From Gemmatimonadales bacterium (GTDB lineage: Bacteria > Gemmatimonadota > Gemmatimonadetes > Gemmatimonadales > GWC2-71-9): a stretch of 64,000 nucleotides of DNA. Position 1 is the first letter of the stretch, and the number at the start of each line of letters is the position of its first letter. Shown piece by piece: positions 30,234 through 41,467 of the stretch. The notes beneath the pieces were generated by a model, which saw only the letters and a list, made by a program, of their open reading frames with translations, searched no databases and was not told where the DNA came from. A program made the position numbers and the translations under genes. The stretch spans positions 128,001-192,000 of the forward strand of contig JBBQFH010000001.1 of assembly GCA_038321865.1 (NCBI GenBank), given 5' to 3'.

Positions 30234-31268
30234 TCAGCCCCCGGGCATGGCCGCGCGGAGTCTCTCCAGCGCGGCCATCGCCGCCCCCCCTTCAATCGCC
30301 CCGACCGCCCTCGCCACCGCTTCTTCAAAATCGCACACCAATCCGGAAACGTGAATTGCGGCGGCCGCATTCAGCAGCACCGCCGCCCGTTCAGCCTGGG
30401 TGCCATTGCCGGCCAGCACCGCCCTGATGCGACCTGCGTTTTCGGCCGGATCGCCGCCGGCAAGTGTCGAGATGTCGTCGACGCCAAGCCCATGATCCGC
30501 GGGGTCTATTGCCCACTCCCGCACCATGCCGCTCCGCACTTCCCAGACCCGCGTCCTGCCGGATGGACTGACCTCGTCCATCCCGACCACCGCATGCACG
30601 ACGACCGCGTGAACCGCGCCGAGCCGGGCGAGTGCGCCGGCCATGAGCGGGCCTCGGCGCTCGTCGGCCACGCCCACCACCTGCCGGCGCGCGCCGGCCG
30701 GATTCACCAGGGGTCCGAGCATGTTCATGACGGTCGGCACGCCGAGTTCGCGCCGGGTCGGACCGACATGGCGCATGGCCGGGTGATAGGTCGGAGCAAA
30801 AAGAAAAACCAGGCCGCTGGTGGCCAGCACCGTCGCCGCCCGATCCGGCCCCATGCCGATCTCGATGCCGAGCGCCTCGAGCACGTCGGCCGAGCCGGAG
30901 CGTGAGCTGTAGCTGCGATTCCCGTGCTTGGCGACCCGGACACCCGCGCCAGCCGCCACGAACGCCGCGGCGGTGGAGAGGTTGAGTGTGGTCACCCGAC
31001 CGCCGCCGGTGCCGCAGGTATCGACCAGCGAATCGGGATCGTCGGCCTCCACATGGATCATCGCCTGGCGCAACGCGGCGGCCGCGCCCGCGATCTCGTC
31101 CACCGTCTCGCCGCGGGCACGGAGCCCGAAGAGAAGCGCCGCCGTCTGGACCGCCGACGCCTCGCCCCGCATGAGCGCGCCGAATGCCCCCGCCGCCTCG
31201 TCGAAGGTGAGCGCTTCGCCGTCGGCGACACGTTGGATGGCGTGCCGAAGCGTGGCGTCGTCGGTCAC
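30234..31268 (-). CDS. trpD: Anthranilate phosphoribosyltransferase
   Basis: DTCGTGG, NLST, KHGNRSYSSRSGSADVLEALG, HPAM, GPLVNP, DEVS; start uncertain (31268 or TTG 31313). Confidence 0.94.
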   Translation of the reverse strand: MTDDATLRHAIQRVADGEALTFDEAAGAFGALMRGEASAVQTAALLFGLRARGETVDEIAGAAAALRQAMIHVEADDPDSLVDTCGTGGGRVTTLNLSTAAAFVAAGAGVRVAKHGNRSYSSRSGSADVLEALGIEIGMGPDRAATVLATSGLVFLFAPTYHPAMRHVGPTRRELGVPTVMNMLGPLVNPAGARRQVVGVADERRGPLMAGALARLGAVHAVVVHAVVGMDEVSPSGRTRVWEVRSGMVREWAIDPADHGLGVDDISTLAGGDPAENAGRIRAVLAGNGTQAERAAVLLNAAAAIHVSGLVCDFEEAVARAVGAIEGGAAMAALERLRAAMPGG

Positions 31269-31321
31269 GAGGGAGGGGTCACGGATTTTCGGTAGTGAGG
31301 AAGCGGTTACCAACGCCGCGA

Positions 31322-31351
31322 ACGGTACATGCCGACACGCGCTTTTGTCAA
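31322..31351 (-). promoter_or_regulatory. Putative trpD promoter TTGACA-N18-TACCGT
   Basis: Consensus -35 hexamer on the minus strand with a TANNNT at 18 nt. Confidence 0.55.
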
Positions 31352-31373
31352 TCACGACAAGCATTTGCGTGCC

Positions 31374-31402
31374 TTGAATGCGCCCCGTACCCGAGCTAGA
31401 TT
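31374..31402 (+). promoter_or_regulatory. Putative truA promoter TTGAAT-N17-TAGATT
   Basis: Spacing 17; ATG 8 nt downstream, no SD. Confidence 0.55.
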
Positions 31403-31410
31403 TCCCGTCG

Positions 31411-32214
31411 ATGAGCCGCACCTTCCTGGCCCTGCTCCAGTTCGACGGCCGACGCTACGTCGGCTGGCAGCGGCAGCGGGTCGGAAGGTCGGTCCAGGGC
31501 GAAGTCGAAGCTGTTCTCGAGCAGCTCACCGGCCAGCCGATCGCCGTCACCGGCGCGGGCCGCACCGACGCCGGAGTTCACGCCGAAGCGCTCGGCGCGA
31601 GCTTCCAGCTCCCGGCGCGGTGGCAGCAGGCGGCCACCCGCCGCGCCATGAACGCCCTGCTGCCCGACGACTGCTGGGTCACGGCAGTCCATCGAATGCA
31701 CGACGGATTTCACGCGCGCCGGAGTGCGATCTCGCGGCGGTACCGGTATCTCGTCGGGACGGACGATGCATCCGCCTCGCCCTTTCGCCGCCACTTCGAA
31801 TGGTCGCTGCGCCGCCGACTGGATCTGTCCATGCTGCGAGATGCGGCGGCGGAGATCATCGGGGAGCACAGCTTTGAAGCATTCTCGGTCCGGGGCCAGG
31901 AGAAGGCGCACCATCGGTGCCGTCTCCACCAGGCGGAGTGGCGCGAACGGGTAGACGGACGCGGCGTCGAGTTCCGGGTGGAAGCGGACCGGTTCCTCCA
32001 TCATATGGTGCGGATGCTGGTCGGGACGATGGTGGAGGTCGGCCTCGGGCGGCGGCCGGTCGCGGATATGCGGCGGATCCTCGAGGCGAACGACAACGGC
32101 GGCACCAGCGCGCCTGCCCCGCCCCAGGGCCTCTATTTCGTCGCCGCCGCCTATGCCCCGTCGGCCTTCGCGATTTCGACTCAGGACGGTCTCGATGCGC
32201 CTCCGCCGAGCTGA
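31411..32214 (+). CDS. truA: tRNA pseudouridine(38-40) synthase
   Basis: FDGRRYVGWQRQ, GAGRTDAGVHA, FHAR, FLHHMVR, APPQGL. Confidence 0.95.
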   Translation: MSRTFLALLQFDGRRYVGWQRQRVGRSVQGEVEAVLEQLTGQPIAVTGAGRTDAGVHAEALGASFQLPARWQQAATRRAMNALLPDDCWVTAVHRMHDGFHARRSAISRRYRYLVGTDDASASPFRRHFEWSLRRRLDLSMLRDAAAEIIGEHSFEAFSVRGQEKAHHRCRLHQAEWRERVDGRGVEFRVEADRFLHHMVRMLVGTMVEVGLGRRPVADMRRILEANDNGGTSAPAPPQGLYFVAAAYAPSAFAISTQDGLDAPPPS

Positions 32215-33622
32215 CGCCCACGCCGCGATGTACGTGATCGCGTTCCTCCTGCTCTCGGCCTGCCGTGACCGGGCGGAGCCGGTACTGCGCACCTCATCGG
32301 CGGGCGCGATGCAGCAGGCCGCTCCCGGCGGGCGGCCCGACCTGTCGGGCAGCCGCCGGACCGCGATCGTGGATGCGACGATGCGGGTCGCTCCCGCGGT
32401 CGTCTCAATCAACGTGACCTCCCGCCAGCACATTGCCCCGAGAACCCCCTGGGACATGTTCTTCGTACCACAGGGTGCGGACCAGGTCGTGCAGGGCTTC
32501 GGCACTGGATTCATCATCCGGCCCACCGGGGTGATCATCACCAACCAGCATGTCGTTGCGGGCGCCGAGCGGATTGGCGTGACGCTGTCGGACGGCCGCG
32601 ATCTCGTCGCGCGGCTCGTCGGCGCGGACCCGGTCACCGACATCGCGGTGATCAAGGTCGAGGGAGCCGGCCTGCGCACCGCGTCGCTCGGCCGCAGCTC
32701 CGATCTCATGACAGGTGAGTGGGTCGTGGCTCTGGGCAATCCCTATGCCTACATGCTGGGCAACGCGGAGCCGACCGTCACGGTGGGGGTCGTCAGCGCC
32801 ACCGGCCGCAACATCCTGCCCTCGGGTGAGCAGGCCGGCATGTATCTCGACATGATCCAGACGGATGCGGCGATCAATCCCGGCAACTCGGGTGGCCCGC
32901 TGACGAATGCCCTCGGCGAGGTGGTGGGGGTGAATTCATCCATCTTCTCGAGCAGCGGCGGATCCATCGGGCTGGGATTCGCGATTCCGATCGAGCGCGC
33001 GGTGCGCATTGCCGAGGAGATTCTTGCCAGGGGAGAGGTTCGCCGTGCCTGGGTGGGTCTCGATGTCGTCGGTGCGAGCGCCATGCGCGAATGGAAGAGC
33101 GAGGGCGGGGTCCGGATCGCCGGCGTGGCGCCGGATGGTCCGGCCGCCAAGGCCGGGCTCAAGGCAGGCGACGTGCTCACCGAAGCGAATGGCCGGCGGC
33201 TGCGGAACTACCTCGACTGGGAGGCGGTCAAGCTGGACCTGCATGTGGGTGACGCCGTCACCGTCGGGGTCAGGAGCGGACCCGCCGTCGCCCGGCGGCG
33301 AATCGTCACGGGAGATCTCCCGAGCGTGACTGCGCCGAAGGTCACCGTGCTCCGGGACCTGCAGCTCATCACCGTGACGCCGGCGATCCAGTCCGAGCGC
33401 GGGCTTCGCAGCACGGACGGCGCCCTGGTATTCCAGGTCACGGCCGAGGCGGCGCGGGCCACCGGGCTGCAGGCGGGGGACGTGATCGTCGGCGTCGACC
33501 GCGTGCGGGTGCATGATGCCGCGCAGCTGGCTTCGCTGCTCCAGGGCATGACGCAGCGCCAGCCCTTCCGCCTCGTCTTCGAGCGCGGCGGCGACTACAA
33601 CTTCACCGACCTGGCCTTCTGA
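32195..33622 (+). CDS. HtrA/DegP-family serine protease with two PDZ domains (probable lipoprotein)
   Basis: LSAC lipobox, GTGFII, ITNQHVV, DIAVIK, IQTDAAINPGNSGGPL, GLGFAIP. Confidence 0.9.
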   Translation: MRLRRADAHAAMYVIAFLLLSACRDRAEPVLRTSSAGAMQQAAPGGRPDLSGSRRTAIVDATMRVAPAVVSINVTSRQHIAPRTPWDMFFVPQGADQVVQGFGTGFIIRPTGVIITNQHVVAGAERIGVTLSDGRDLVARLVGADPVTDIAVIKVEGAGLRTASLGRSSDLMTGEWVVALGNPYAYMLGNAEPTVTVGVVSATGRNILPSGEQAGMYLDMIQTDAAINPGNSGGPLTNALGEVVGVNSSIFSSSGGSIGLGFAIPIERAVRIAEEILARGEVRRAWVGLDVVGASAMREWKSEGGVRIAGVAPDGPAAKAGLKAGDVLTEANGRRLRNYLDWEAVKLDLHVGDAVTVGVRSGPAVARRRIVTGDLPSVTAPKVTVLRDLQLITVTPAIQSERGLRSTDGALVFQVTAEAARATGLQAGDVIVGVDRVRVHDAAQLASLLQGMTQRQPFRLVFERGGDYNFTDLAF

Positions 33623-35061
33623 TGACCGACGATCGCTACCGCTCCCCGCTCGGCACGCGATACGCCTCGGTGCCGATGCAGACGCTGTGGGGGGAAGCGC
33701 ATCGTATCGGCCTCTGGCGCCGGTTGTGGCTGGCGCTCGCCGAGTCGGAGCGGGAGCTCGGCCTCGACATCCCGGAGGCCGCGATCGCGGAGATGGGAGC
33801 CCATCTCGACGACGCCGATCTCCACGCCGCCGCCGGATATGAGCGCCGATTCCGCCACGACGTCATGGCGCACATCCACGCCTTCGGTGATCAGGCGCCG
33901 GCGGCGCGGCCCGTCCTGCACCTGGGCGCCACCAGCGCCTTCGTGACCGACAACGCCGACCTCGTCGTCATGCGTGAAGGCCTGCGCCTGCTGCTGGGCC
34001 GGCTCATCGCCGTGCTCGACGCCTTGGGGGTGTTTGCGCGGCGCCACTCCGCTCTCCCCTGCCTCGCCTACACGCATTTTCAGCCGGCCCAGCTGACCAC
34101 CGTGGGCAAGCGGGCGACGCTCTGGATGCTGGACTTCGCCCTGGACGTGGAAGAAGTCTGCCACCGGCTGGAGACATTGCGGTTCCGCGGCTGCAAGGGC
34201 ACCACGGGCACGCAGGCGTCATTCCTCGAGTTGTTCGGTGGCGATCACGACAAGGTGCGGGAACTCGACCGCCGCGTGTCGGCTCGCCTCGGGTTCGATG
34301 CGCCGTTTCCGGTGAGCGGCCAGACGTATACCCGTAAAGCGGACAGCATGATCGTGGACACGCTCAGCGGCGTGGCGCAATCGGCCGCAAAGCTCGCGGT
34401 GGACCTGCGGCTGCTGCAGCACGAGGGGGAGGTGCTCGAGCCGTTCGAGACCGAGCAGATCGGCTCGAGCGCCATGGCGTACAAGCGGAACCCCATGCGA
34501 TCGGAACGGATCGGCGCGCTCGCACGGTTCGTCATCTCCCTTCAGGCCAACACCGCTCATACGGCGGCCAGTCAGTGGCTCGAACGGACGCTCGACGACA
34601 GCGCCAACCGGCGGCTCACTCTGCCGGAGGCGTTCCTCGGGACCGACGCGATTCTGGTGCTCGCCACCAACCTCGCCGCCGGCCTTGAAGTCCGCCCGGC
34701 GGTGGTGGCGCGCCACGTGGCGCAGCAGATGCCGTTCATGGCGACGGAGCGGTGGCTGATGGTCGGCGTTCAGGCGGGTGGCGACCGTCAGGCGCTGCAC
34801 GAGGTGGTACGGCGCCACAGCCTTGCGGTCGCCGAGGCAGTCGCGGGCGGCGCGCCAAACGATCTGCTCGACCGGCTGTCCGATGATCCGGCATTTGCGG
34901 GTATCCCGGCGTCAGCACTCGCCGCCGAATTGAACCCGGCACGCTATACCGGCCGCGCGCCCGAGCAGGTCGGAGAATTTCTCGGCGCCTTTCTCGCCCC
35001 GATCCTGGAGCGGGCGCGACCACTCGCCACGGAGGCCGCGGCCGCCGAGGTGCGGGTGTGA
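33622..35061 (+). CDS. purB: Adenylosuccinate lyase
   Basis: [50 protein letters not shown]. Confidence 0.95.
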   Translation: MTDDRYRSPLGTRYASVPMQTLWGEAHRIGLWRRLWLALAESERELGLDIPEAAIAEMGAHLDDADLHAAAGYERRFRHDVMAHIHAFGDQAPAARPVLHLGATSAFVTDNADLVVMREGLRLLLGRLIAVLDALGVFARRHSALPCLAYTHFQPAQLTTVGKRATLWMLDFALDVEEVCHRLETLRFRGCKGTTGTQASFLELFGGDHDKVRELDRRVSARLGFDAPFPVSGQTYTRKADSMIVDTLSGVAQSAAKLAVDLRLLQHEGEVLEPFETEQIGSSAMAYKRNPMRSERIGALARFVISLQANTAHTAASQWLERTLDDSANRRLTLPEAFLGTDAILVLATNLAAGLEVRPAVVARHVAQQMPFMATERWLMVGVQAGGDRQALHEVVRRHSLAVAEAVAGGAPNDLLDRLSDDPAFAGIPASALAAELNPARYTGRAPEQVGEFLGAFLAPILERARPLATEAAAAEVRV

Positions 35062-35978
35062 CCACGCTCGCGATGAGCGCCCTGCCGCTGCCGCTCCTTC
35101 GCCGGGGAAAAGTGCGCGAGGTGTACGAGGTGGACGCCGAACGCCTGCTGCTGGTTGCCAGCGATCGGGTCAGTGCAGTCGATGTCGTCATGGCGGAAGG
35201 AATCCCGCGCAAGGGTGCGGTGCTGACCCAGCTCAGCGCGTTCTGGTTCGAGCGCCTGGCGGGAGTGCTGCCATCGCACTTTGTCACGGCGGCCACGCCA
35301 CGGATCCTCGACGAGGTGCCCGGGCTGTCGGGGCACGCCGAGCAGCTGGCCGGGCGAGCGATGCTGGTGCGCCGGACGTCGCCGGTGCCGTTCGAATGCG
35401 TCGTGCGAGGCTATCTCAGCGGCTCCGCATGGAAGGAATATTCGGCCGCGGGCACGCTCGCGGGGGAGCGGCTTCCCGCGGGGCTGGTGGAGAGCGCGCG
35501 CCTCGATCCTCCGCTCTTCTCTCCCGCCACGAAAGCGGAGTCGGGCCATGATGAGAACGTCAGGTTCGACGCGGTCGCCGGCGCGCTCGGGCAGGAGCTT
35601 GCCGCCGATCTCCGCCGGGCGAGTTTCGCCGTGTACGAGGCGGGCCGCGCGTATGCCGCCGGGCGGGGGATCATCATCGCGGACACCAAGTTCGAATTCG
35701 GCATCGATTCCGCCGGCACGCTGCGCCTGATCGACGAGGTGCTCACGCCCGACTCGTCGCGCTTCTGGCCGGCGGATACGTACCGCCAGGGCGGTCCGCA
35801 GCCCAGCTTCGACAAGCAGCCGCTGCGGGACTACCTTGCCGCCCTGCGCGGCCGGGGAGCGTGGAACGGGGATGCCCCGCCGCCACCGCTCCCGGCTGAC
35901 GTGGTGGATGCCACCAGCCGCCGCTACCTCGATGCATTCCGTCGCCTGACCGGCGCCGAGCTGAAGGAGGACGTGTGA
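35058..35978 (+). CDS. purC: SAICAR synthetase
   Basis: [51 protein letters not shown]. Confidence 0.95.
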   Translation: MTTLAMSALPLPLLRRGKVREVYEVDAERLLLVASDRVSAVDVVMAEGIPRKGAVLTQLSAFWFERLAGVLPSHFVTAATPRILDEVPGLSGHAEQLAGRAMLVRRTSPVPFECVVRGYLSGSAWKEYSAAGTLAGERLPAGLVESARLDPPLFSPATKAESGHDENVRFDAVAGALGQELAADLRRASFAVYEAGRAYAAGRGIIIADTKFEFGIDSAGTLRLIDEVLTPDSSRFWPADTYRQGGPQPSFDKQPLRDYLAALRGRGAWNGDAPPPPLPADVVDATSRRYLDAFRRLTGAELKEDV

Positions 35979-36607
35979 TTCGAACCGCTCCAGAAGGCCG
36001 CTGGTTCATCGTCGGCGCGTTCGCCATTGCGATCGGCTTTGCACTGGCGGGCTGGTGGATCCCCCTGCTGGTCTGGCTCCCCGTCACCCTCTGGGTCGTG
36101 GCGTTCTTTCGTGATCCCGAGCGCATGGGCGAGCGGGGCGAGCAGCTCATCATCGCGCCCGCCGACGGCAAGGTCGTCAGCGTGATCGAGACCGACGAGC
36201 CCGCCTTCTTTGGCGACCGCACCATCCGCGTGTCCATTTTCATGAACGTCTTCGACTGCCACGTCAACCGGTACCCCGCCGACGGGGCGATCGCCTACCG
36301 GAACTACAACGCCGGGCAGTTCGGCCACGCCGGCACCGACAAGGCGAGTCTGGTCAACGAGCAGTCGTCGGTCGGCCTCGAGACCCGGCACGGGAAACTC
36401 CTCGTGCGGCAGATCGCGGGCCTGGTGGCCCGTCGCATCGTGACCGATCACAGCGTCGGCACGGCGGTCCGGCAGGGCCAGCGGCTGGGCATGATCCGCT
36501 TCGGCTCGCGCGTGGATGTGTTCATGCCGCCGGGAACCTCCATCAAGGTGCGCGTCGGCGATCGCACCCGCGTCGGAGAGACGATCATCGCGGAATGGGC
36601 CGCATGA
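35975..36607 (+). CDS. psd: Phosphatidylserine decarboxylase (short type)
   Basis: [40 protein letters not shown] cleavage site. Confidence 0.92.
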   Translation: MIRTAPEGRWFIVGAFAIAIGFALAGWWIPLLVWLPVTLWVVAFFRDPERMGERGEQLIIAPADGKVVSVIETDEPAFFGDRTIRVSIFMNVFDCHVNRYPADGAIAYRNYNAGQFGHAGTDKASLVNEQSSVGLETRHGKLLVRQIAGLVARRIVTDHSVGTAVRQGQRLGMIRFGSRVDVFMPPGTSIKVRVGDRTRVGETIIAEWAA

Positions 36608-37470
36608 GCGCGCCGCGCGGAGATGGCGGCCGCCGCGGTGTCCGCCGGGTCGTCGTGGTCATGCCCAGCGCCTTTACGCTCGGCAACCTGTTCTTCGGAT
36701 TCTGGTCCATCGTCTACGCCTTCAACGGACAGTTCACCTGGGCCGGGTGGTTCATCATCTTCGCGGGCGTGCTCGACTTGCTCGACGGGCGCGTCGCCCG
36801 GCTGTCGAACACCGGCACCAAGTTCGGCGCCGAGCTCGATTCGCTGGTGGACGTGATCTCGTTCGGAGTGGCACCGGCCCTGCTGCTCTACTTTCTGGAA
36901 TTTTCCCAGGCCGGGCGCTTCTCGTGGATTCTGTGCTACATCTATGTCGTCGCGGTCGCCCTCCGCCTGGCACGCTACAACGTGACGTCGGCCACGAAGC
37001 CGCACAGCAACTGGTTCTCCGGCATGCCCTCGCCGTCGGCGGGCATGACGATCGCGGCGTATTACCCATTCAGCCAGACGCAGTGGTACCAGCGGTCGCT
37101 CGCGTATCTCGACCTGCAGCACCAGGGCCTGGTGGTGCTGTTGCTGCTGCTCGCCGTGCTGCTGGTGAGCAACGTGAAATATCCGCGCTTCCCCGCCATC
37201 GGCGTCCGGTCCGCGAGGGGGATCTTCGGCCTGCTCGTGCACGTCGGCATCCTCGCCGGCGCGGTGCTCGCCCCGGCGTCGTTTCTATTCCCGCTGGGTA
37301 TCGCCTATATCGCATTCGGGCTGCTCCGGACCGCCGTCCTTGGGCTGATGCAGCCCGGTGAGGCGGAGCTGGTCGCCGATGAGCGGCTCGCGGATGCCAC
37401 CGAGTCCCGCGTGTCGCGTCTGCCGTTCTCGCGCGAGCGGCGCCCTCCCCGCAATCGTCCCGAGGAATAG
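36604..37470 (+). CDS. pssA: CDP-diacylglycerol--serine O-phosphatidyltransferase
   Basis: [17 protein letters not shown]...[33 protein letters not shown]. Confidence 0.92.
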   Translation: MSAPRGDGGRRGVRRVVVVMPSAFTLGNLFFGFWSIVYAFNGQFTWAGWFIIFAGVLDLLDGRVARLSNTGTKFGAELDSLVDVISFGVAPALLLYFLEFSQAGRFSWILCYIYVVAVALRLARYNVTSATKPHSNWFSGMPSPSAGMTIAAYYPFSQTQWYQRSLAYLDLQHQGLVVLLLLLAVLLVSNVKYPRFPAIGVRSARGIFGLLVHVGILAGAVLAPASFLFPLGIAYIAFGLLRTAVLGLMQPGEAELVADERLADATESRVSRLPFSRERRPPRNRPEE

Positions 37471-37473
37471 CCG

Positions 37474-37725
37474 ATGAGCTTTCGCGTTCACGTCCGCGTC
37501 ATGCCGCGCGCCGGCCTGCTCGATCCGCAGGGCCAGGCCGTCGAGCATGCCCTTGCCTCACTCGGCTTCGATGGAGCAGGCGCCGTCCGGATCGGCCGGG
37601 CGATCGAGCTCGACGTCGCCGCCGGCTCCCGTGACGCTGCCCTGGCGCAGGCGCGCGCGATGTGCGACCGGTTGCTGGCCAACCCGGTTACAGAGGACTA
37701 CGAGCTTGAGGTGGAGACCCGCTGA
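37474..37725 (+). CDS. purS: FGAM synthase subunit PurS
   Basis: LLDPQGQAV, VRIGR, LLANPVTEDY. Confidence 0.95.
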   Translation: MSFRVHVRVMPRAGLLDPQGQAVEHALASLGFDGAGAVRIGRAIELDVAAGSRDAALAQARAMCDRLLANPVTEDYELEVETR

Positions 37726-38423
37726 TGCGCCGAGTGGCGGTGGTGCGGTTTCCCGGCAGCAACTGTGACATGGACGCACTGCGGGCGGCGCAGGCGGTCG
37801 GCGCGGATGCATTCCTGGTCTGGCATCGCGACACGTCGCTCGATGGCGCCGACGTCGTGATCCTCCCGGGCGGCTTCAGCTATGGGGATTATCTCCGCTC
37901 GGGAGCCATCGCGCGCTTCAGCCCGATCATGGCGGCGGTCCAGCGGCATGCGGCCGATGGCGGCGCGGTGCTCGGCATCTGTAACGGGTTTCAGATTCTC
38001 TGCGAAGCACACCTGCTGCCCGGCGCGCTGATGCGAAACGCGGGCCTCACGTTCGTCTCCAAGCCGGTGCCCGTGATCGTCGAGCGCACTGATACGGCGT
38101 TCACTTCGTCCTACGCGGAAGGCACCCTGCTGCACCTTCCCGTGGCCCATGGCGAAGGGCGCTTCGTTGCCGCGGCAGACGTCACGCGCATGCTGGAGGA
38201 CGAGTGCCGAATCGTGCTGCGCTACCAGGCCGGGGACCGCGGCGCCGGACCAGGCAATCCCAACGGATCGACCCATGACATCGCCGGCATCTGCAACGCC
38301 GACGGCAATGTGGTCGGCATCATGCCGCACCCGGAGCGCGTGGCCGACGCAGTGCTCGGCAGCGACGAGGGAATCGGTTTTTTCCAGTCGTTCATGTCCG
38401 CCGCCGCTGGAGCCCACCCATGA
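37725..38423 (+). CDS. purQ: FGAM synthase glutaminase subunit PurQ
   Basis: FPGSNCD, PGGFSYGDYLRSGA, GICNGFQ, HGEG, NPNGS, MPHPER. Confidence 0.96.
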   Translation: MRRVAVVRFPGSNCDMDALRAAQAVGADAFLVWHRDTSLDGADVVILPGGFSYGDYLRSGAIARFSPIMAAVQRHAADGGAVLGICNGFQILCEAHLLPGALMRNAGLTFVSKPVPVIVERTDTAFTSSYAEGTLLHLPVAHGEGRFVAAADVTRMLEDECRIVLRYQAGDRGAGPGNPNGSTHDIAGICNADGNVVGIMPHPERVADAVLGSDEGIGFFQSFMSAAAGAHP

Positions 38424-38806
38424 GATTGTTGATGCTTGCGCTGCTGATCGTGGGGGGCCCCCTCGCGGCTCAGACGCGGGACGCGGCCCCGAGACCTCCG
38501 GCCCCCGTCGACAGCATGCTGGTCCGACCCGGAATGGTCCAGGCGGCGGTCGTCGCGGCCTGGGGCCGGCCCTCGGGAACCCGGACCCGGGGAGACTACA
38601 CCTACCTGTTCTACGCCAATGACTGCAAGCCGTCCTGCGGCATGCAGGATGTGGTGATTCTCGAGCGTGGCCAGGTCGTGGACGCGATCGCGCGCGCCCC
38701 CCGGCACCGCTACGACGGCATTTCATCCTCACCGGCGGGCCGCACGCCGGGTTACACCCCTGCGCCGCCGGCCCGATCCACTCCGACGCCGAGCCCTCCA
38801 CGATGA
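38420..38806 (+). CDS. Small exported hypothetical protein (possibly SmpA/BamE-like fold)
   Basis: Signal peptide, PGM...V...WGRP...YTYLFY pattern, Cys pair CKPSC, Pro-rich tail; ATGA coupled on both sides. Confidence 0.6.
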   Translation: MRLLMLALLIVGGPLAAQTRDAAPRPPAPVDSMLVRPGMVQAAVVAAWGRPSGTRTRGDYTYLFYANDCKPSCGMQDVVILERGQVVDAIARAPRHRYDGISSSPAGRTPGYTPAPPARSTPTPSPPR

Positions 38807-39162
38807 CCGAGAAGCCGAGCCGCGACGAAGACGAATATTTCGTCCGTCAGGACGCCGAAATACTCAAGGAGAACCGGGCCGCGCTCACCCAGCAGCAGCT
38901 GGACGCCGAACGCCGCGCGCACTACATGAAGTGCCCCAAGGATGGGTACGACCTGGAGACCCGCCAGTCCCACGGAGTCGCGGTCGAGACGTGCGCGCAT
39001 TGCGGCGGCATGTGGCTCGACGCCGGCGAGCTCGACGCGATCTCGCGGCACGAGGATCATCCCGGGCTGCTCGGGCGGGTGTTCAGCGACCTGATGGGCA
39101 CGCTCAAGCCGCATCACCGTGGAGAGCAGCCGCCTCGCGCGTCGGGAGAGACAGTTGGCTGA
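38803..39162 (+). CDS. Zinc-ribbon (zf-TFIIB-like) protein with N-terminal EDEYF helix
   Basis: MKCPKD...[14 protein letters not shown]. Confidence 0.75.
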   Translation: MTEKPSRDEDEYFVRQDAEILKENRAALTQQQLDAERRAHYMKCPKDGYDLETRQSHGVAVETCAHCGGMWLDAGELDAISRHEDHPGLLGRVFSDLMGTLKPHHRGEQPPRASGETVG

Positions 39163-41464
39163 AGCCACGATGGGCGCGGCGCCGGTCGCCGAGAGCCTGA
39201 CCGGTGAACGCGCGGTCACGCCCGAGGTGGTCCGGGAGCACAACCTGACGCCGTCGGAGTACGAGCGGATCCTCGCCATGCTCGGCCGCCCGCCGACGCT
39301 GACGGAGCTCGGCGTATTCTCGGCGCTCTGGTCGGAGCACTGCTCCTACAAGCATTCGCGCCCCGTCCTCAGGATGTTCCCGACCGCCGGTGCGCAGGTC
39401 GTGCAGGGTCCCGGCGAGAATGCCGGAGTCCTCCGTCTGCCCGACGGATGGGCCGTGGCCTTCAAGGTCGAGTCACACAACCACCCCTCGGCGGTGGAGC
39501 CGTACCAGGGCGCAGCCACGGGCGTTGGCGGGATCCTTCGCGACGTCTTCACCATGGGTGCGCGTCCGGTGGCGATGCTCAACAGCCTCCGCTTTGGCCC
39601 GCTGGACGTGCCGCGCAACCGCTACCTCTTCGCGGGCGTCGTCCGGGGCGTGGGGGACTACGGCAATTGCGTCGGCATCCCGACGTTAGGCGGTGAAGTG
39701 GCCTTCGCACCGGGTTACACCGGCAACCCGCTGGTCAACGCGATGTGCGTCGGCCTGCTGCGGGAAACCGACCTGATCCGGGCGAAGGCGGAAGGCGTCG
39801 GCAACGTACTCCTGTGCGTGGGGGCGCGTACCGGGCGTGACGGCATCCACGGCGCCAGCTTCGCATCCGAGGAGCTGTCGGAAAAGAGCGAGGCGCGCCG
39901 GCCGCAGGTGCAGGTCGGTGACCCGTTCACCGAGAAGCTTCTGCTGGAAGCCAGCCTCGAGCTGATCACGTCCGGAATGATCGTCGCGATTCAGGACATG
40001 GGGGCTGCCGGCCTCACCAGCTCCTCCGCCGAGATGGCGGCGCGGGGCGGCGTGGGCGTCGAGATCGACACCGGGCTGGTGCCGACCCGCGAGCCGGGGA
40101 TGACGCCCTACGAGATCCTCCTGTCCGAATCTCAGGAGCGGATGCTCGTCGTCGCCGAGCCGGGTCGAGTGACGGAAATCCAGGCGGCCTGCCAGCGGTG
40201 GGAGCTGACCGCCACACCGATCGGCTTCGTCACCGATGACGGCATCTTTCGCGTGCGGCACCACGGAACCACCGTCGTCGCGATTCCGGGGCAGCCGCTC
40301 GTGGACGAGTGCCCGGTGTACTACCCAGAGGCCCGGGAAAGCGACGAGGTACGCGTCCGCCGTGAGCGGCCGGCGCCAGTGATGAACATCGGGCCCGCCG
40401 CAGCGCTGGAAGCCCTCCTCGATGCACCGAACATCGCGAGCAAGCGCTGGGTCTACGAGCAGTACGATTCGACGGTGCAGGCGTCAACGGTCGTCGCGCC
40501 CGGCGGGGATGCGGGCGTCATCCGGGTGCCCGGCACCGATTTCGGCCTGGCGGTCACGCTCGACTGCAACTCCCGCCTGTTGGCACTCGAGCCCTACGAA
40601 GGCGGCAAGGCGGCGGTGGCCGAAGCGGCACGGAACATCGCCTGCACCGGCGCGCGCCCGCTCGGAATCACCGATTGCCTCAATTTCGGGAACCCGGAGA
40701 AGCCGGAAGTGTTCTTCCAATTCCGCGAGGCATGCCGGGGCATCAGTGATGCCTGCCGCGCCTTCGACACGCCGGTCACCGGCGGCAACGTCTCGTTCTA
40801 CAACGAGAGCCCGAGCGGCGCGATCGATCCAACCCCGACGATCGGCATGGTCGGCGTCATCGACAAGGTCACCAACCGAGTCCCCAGCCACTTCAGCGAA
40901 CCCGGCGATCAGATCATCGTGCTTGGCCGCACGACCGGCGCGCTGGGTGGATCCGCCTACTGGGCCGAGCTCGGCGACTTCGTCGGCGGACGTCCCGCGC
41001 CAGTCGATCTCGACGCCGAAGTCCGGCTCCAGCGGCTCCTCGCTGCCGCCGCCGCCGAGCAACTCATCCGCTCGGCACACGATTGCTCCGAGGGCGGGCT
41101 GGCCGTCGCAGTCGCGGAGGCCGCCATCGGCGGCCCCTACGCGCCGCACGCCCACGGCGCGGTGCTCGAGCTTTCGGGCTACGCGGATGATGTCGCGCTC
41201 GACGCCCTCCTCTTCGGTGAGGACGGTGCGCGCGTCGTGATCTCGGTCGCCGACGCGGCGGCACCTGCTCTTCTGACGCTGTGCCAACTGCACGGCGTTC
41301 CCGCCTTCGTCGCCGGGCGGGTGCAGAGCGCGGATGGGACACTCGAGCTGAAGCAGGGCGCGGAGCGGCTGCAGTGGAACACCAAGCATCTCCGGCGAAC
41401 GTATTTCGACGCGATTCCGCGCCGGATGCGGCATGCCGGCCTGGATCGGACGACGGGAGCGTAG
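39155..41464 (+). CDS. purL: FGAM synthase subunit PurL (small type)
   Basis: [58 protein letters not shown]; start TTG 39155 or ATG 39170. Confidence 0.95.
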   Translation: MAEATMGAAPVAESLTGERAVTPEVVREHNLTPSEYERILAMLGRPPTLTELGVFSALWSEHCSYKHSRPVLRMFPTAGAQVVQGPGENAGVLRLPDGWAVAFKVESHNHPSAVEPYQGAATGVGGILRDVFTMGARPVAMLNSLRFGPLDVPRNRYLFAGVVRGVGDYGNCVGIPTLGGEVAFAPGYTGNPLVNAMCVGLLRETDLIRAKAEGVGNVLLCVGARTGRDGIHGASFASEELSEKSEARRPQVQVGDPFTEKLLLEASLELITSGMIVAIQDMGAAGLTSSSAEMAARGGVGVEIDTGLVPTREPGMTPYEILLSESQERMLVVAEPGRVTEIQAACQRWELTATPIGFVTDDGIFRVRHHGTTVVAIPGQPLVDECPVYYPEARESDEVRVRRERPAPVMNIGPAAALEALLDAPNIASKRWVYEQYDSTVQASTVVAPGGDAGVIRVPGTDFGLAVTLDCNSRLLALEPYEGGKAAVAEAARNIACTGARPLGITDCLNFGNPEKPEVFFQFREACRGISDACRAFDTPVTGGNVSFYNESPSGAIDPTPTIGMVGVIDKVTNRVPSHFSEPGDQIIVLGRTTGALGGSAYWAELGDFVGGRPAPVDLDAEVRLQRLLAAAAAEQLIRSAHDCSEGGLAVAVAEAAIGGPYAPHAHGAVLELSGYADDVALDALLFGEDGARVVISVADAAAPALLTLCQLHGVPAFVAGRVQSADGTLELKQGAERLQWNTKHLRRTYFDAIPRRMRHAGLDRTTGA

Positions 41465-41467
41465 CGT

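Noticed and set aside
29553..31410. Trp leader peptide or T-box attenuator before trpC or trpD
   Set aside because: No Trp-codon-rich short ORF and too little intergenic space for a T-box
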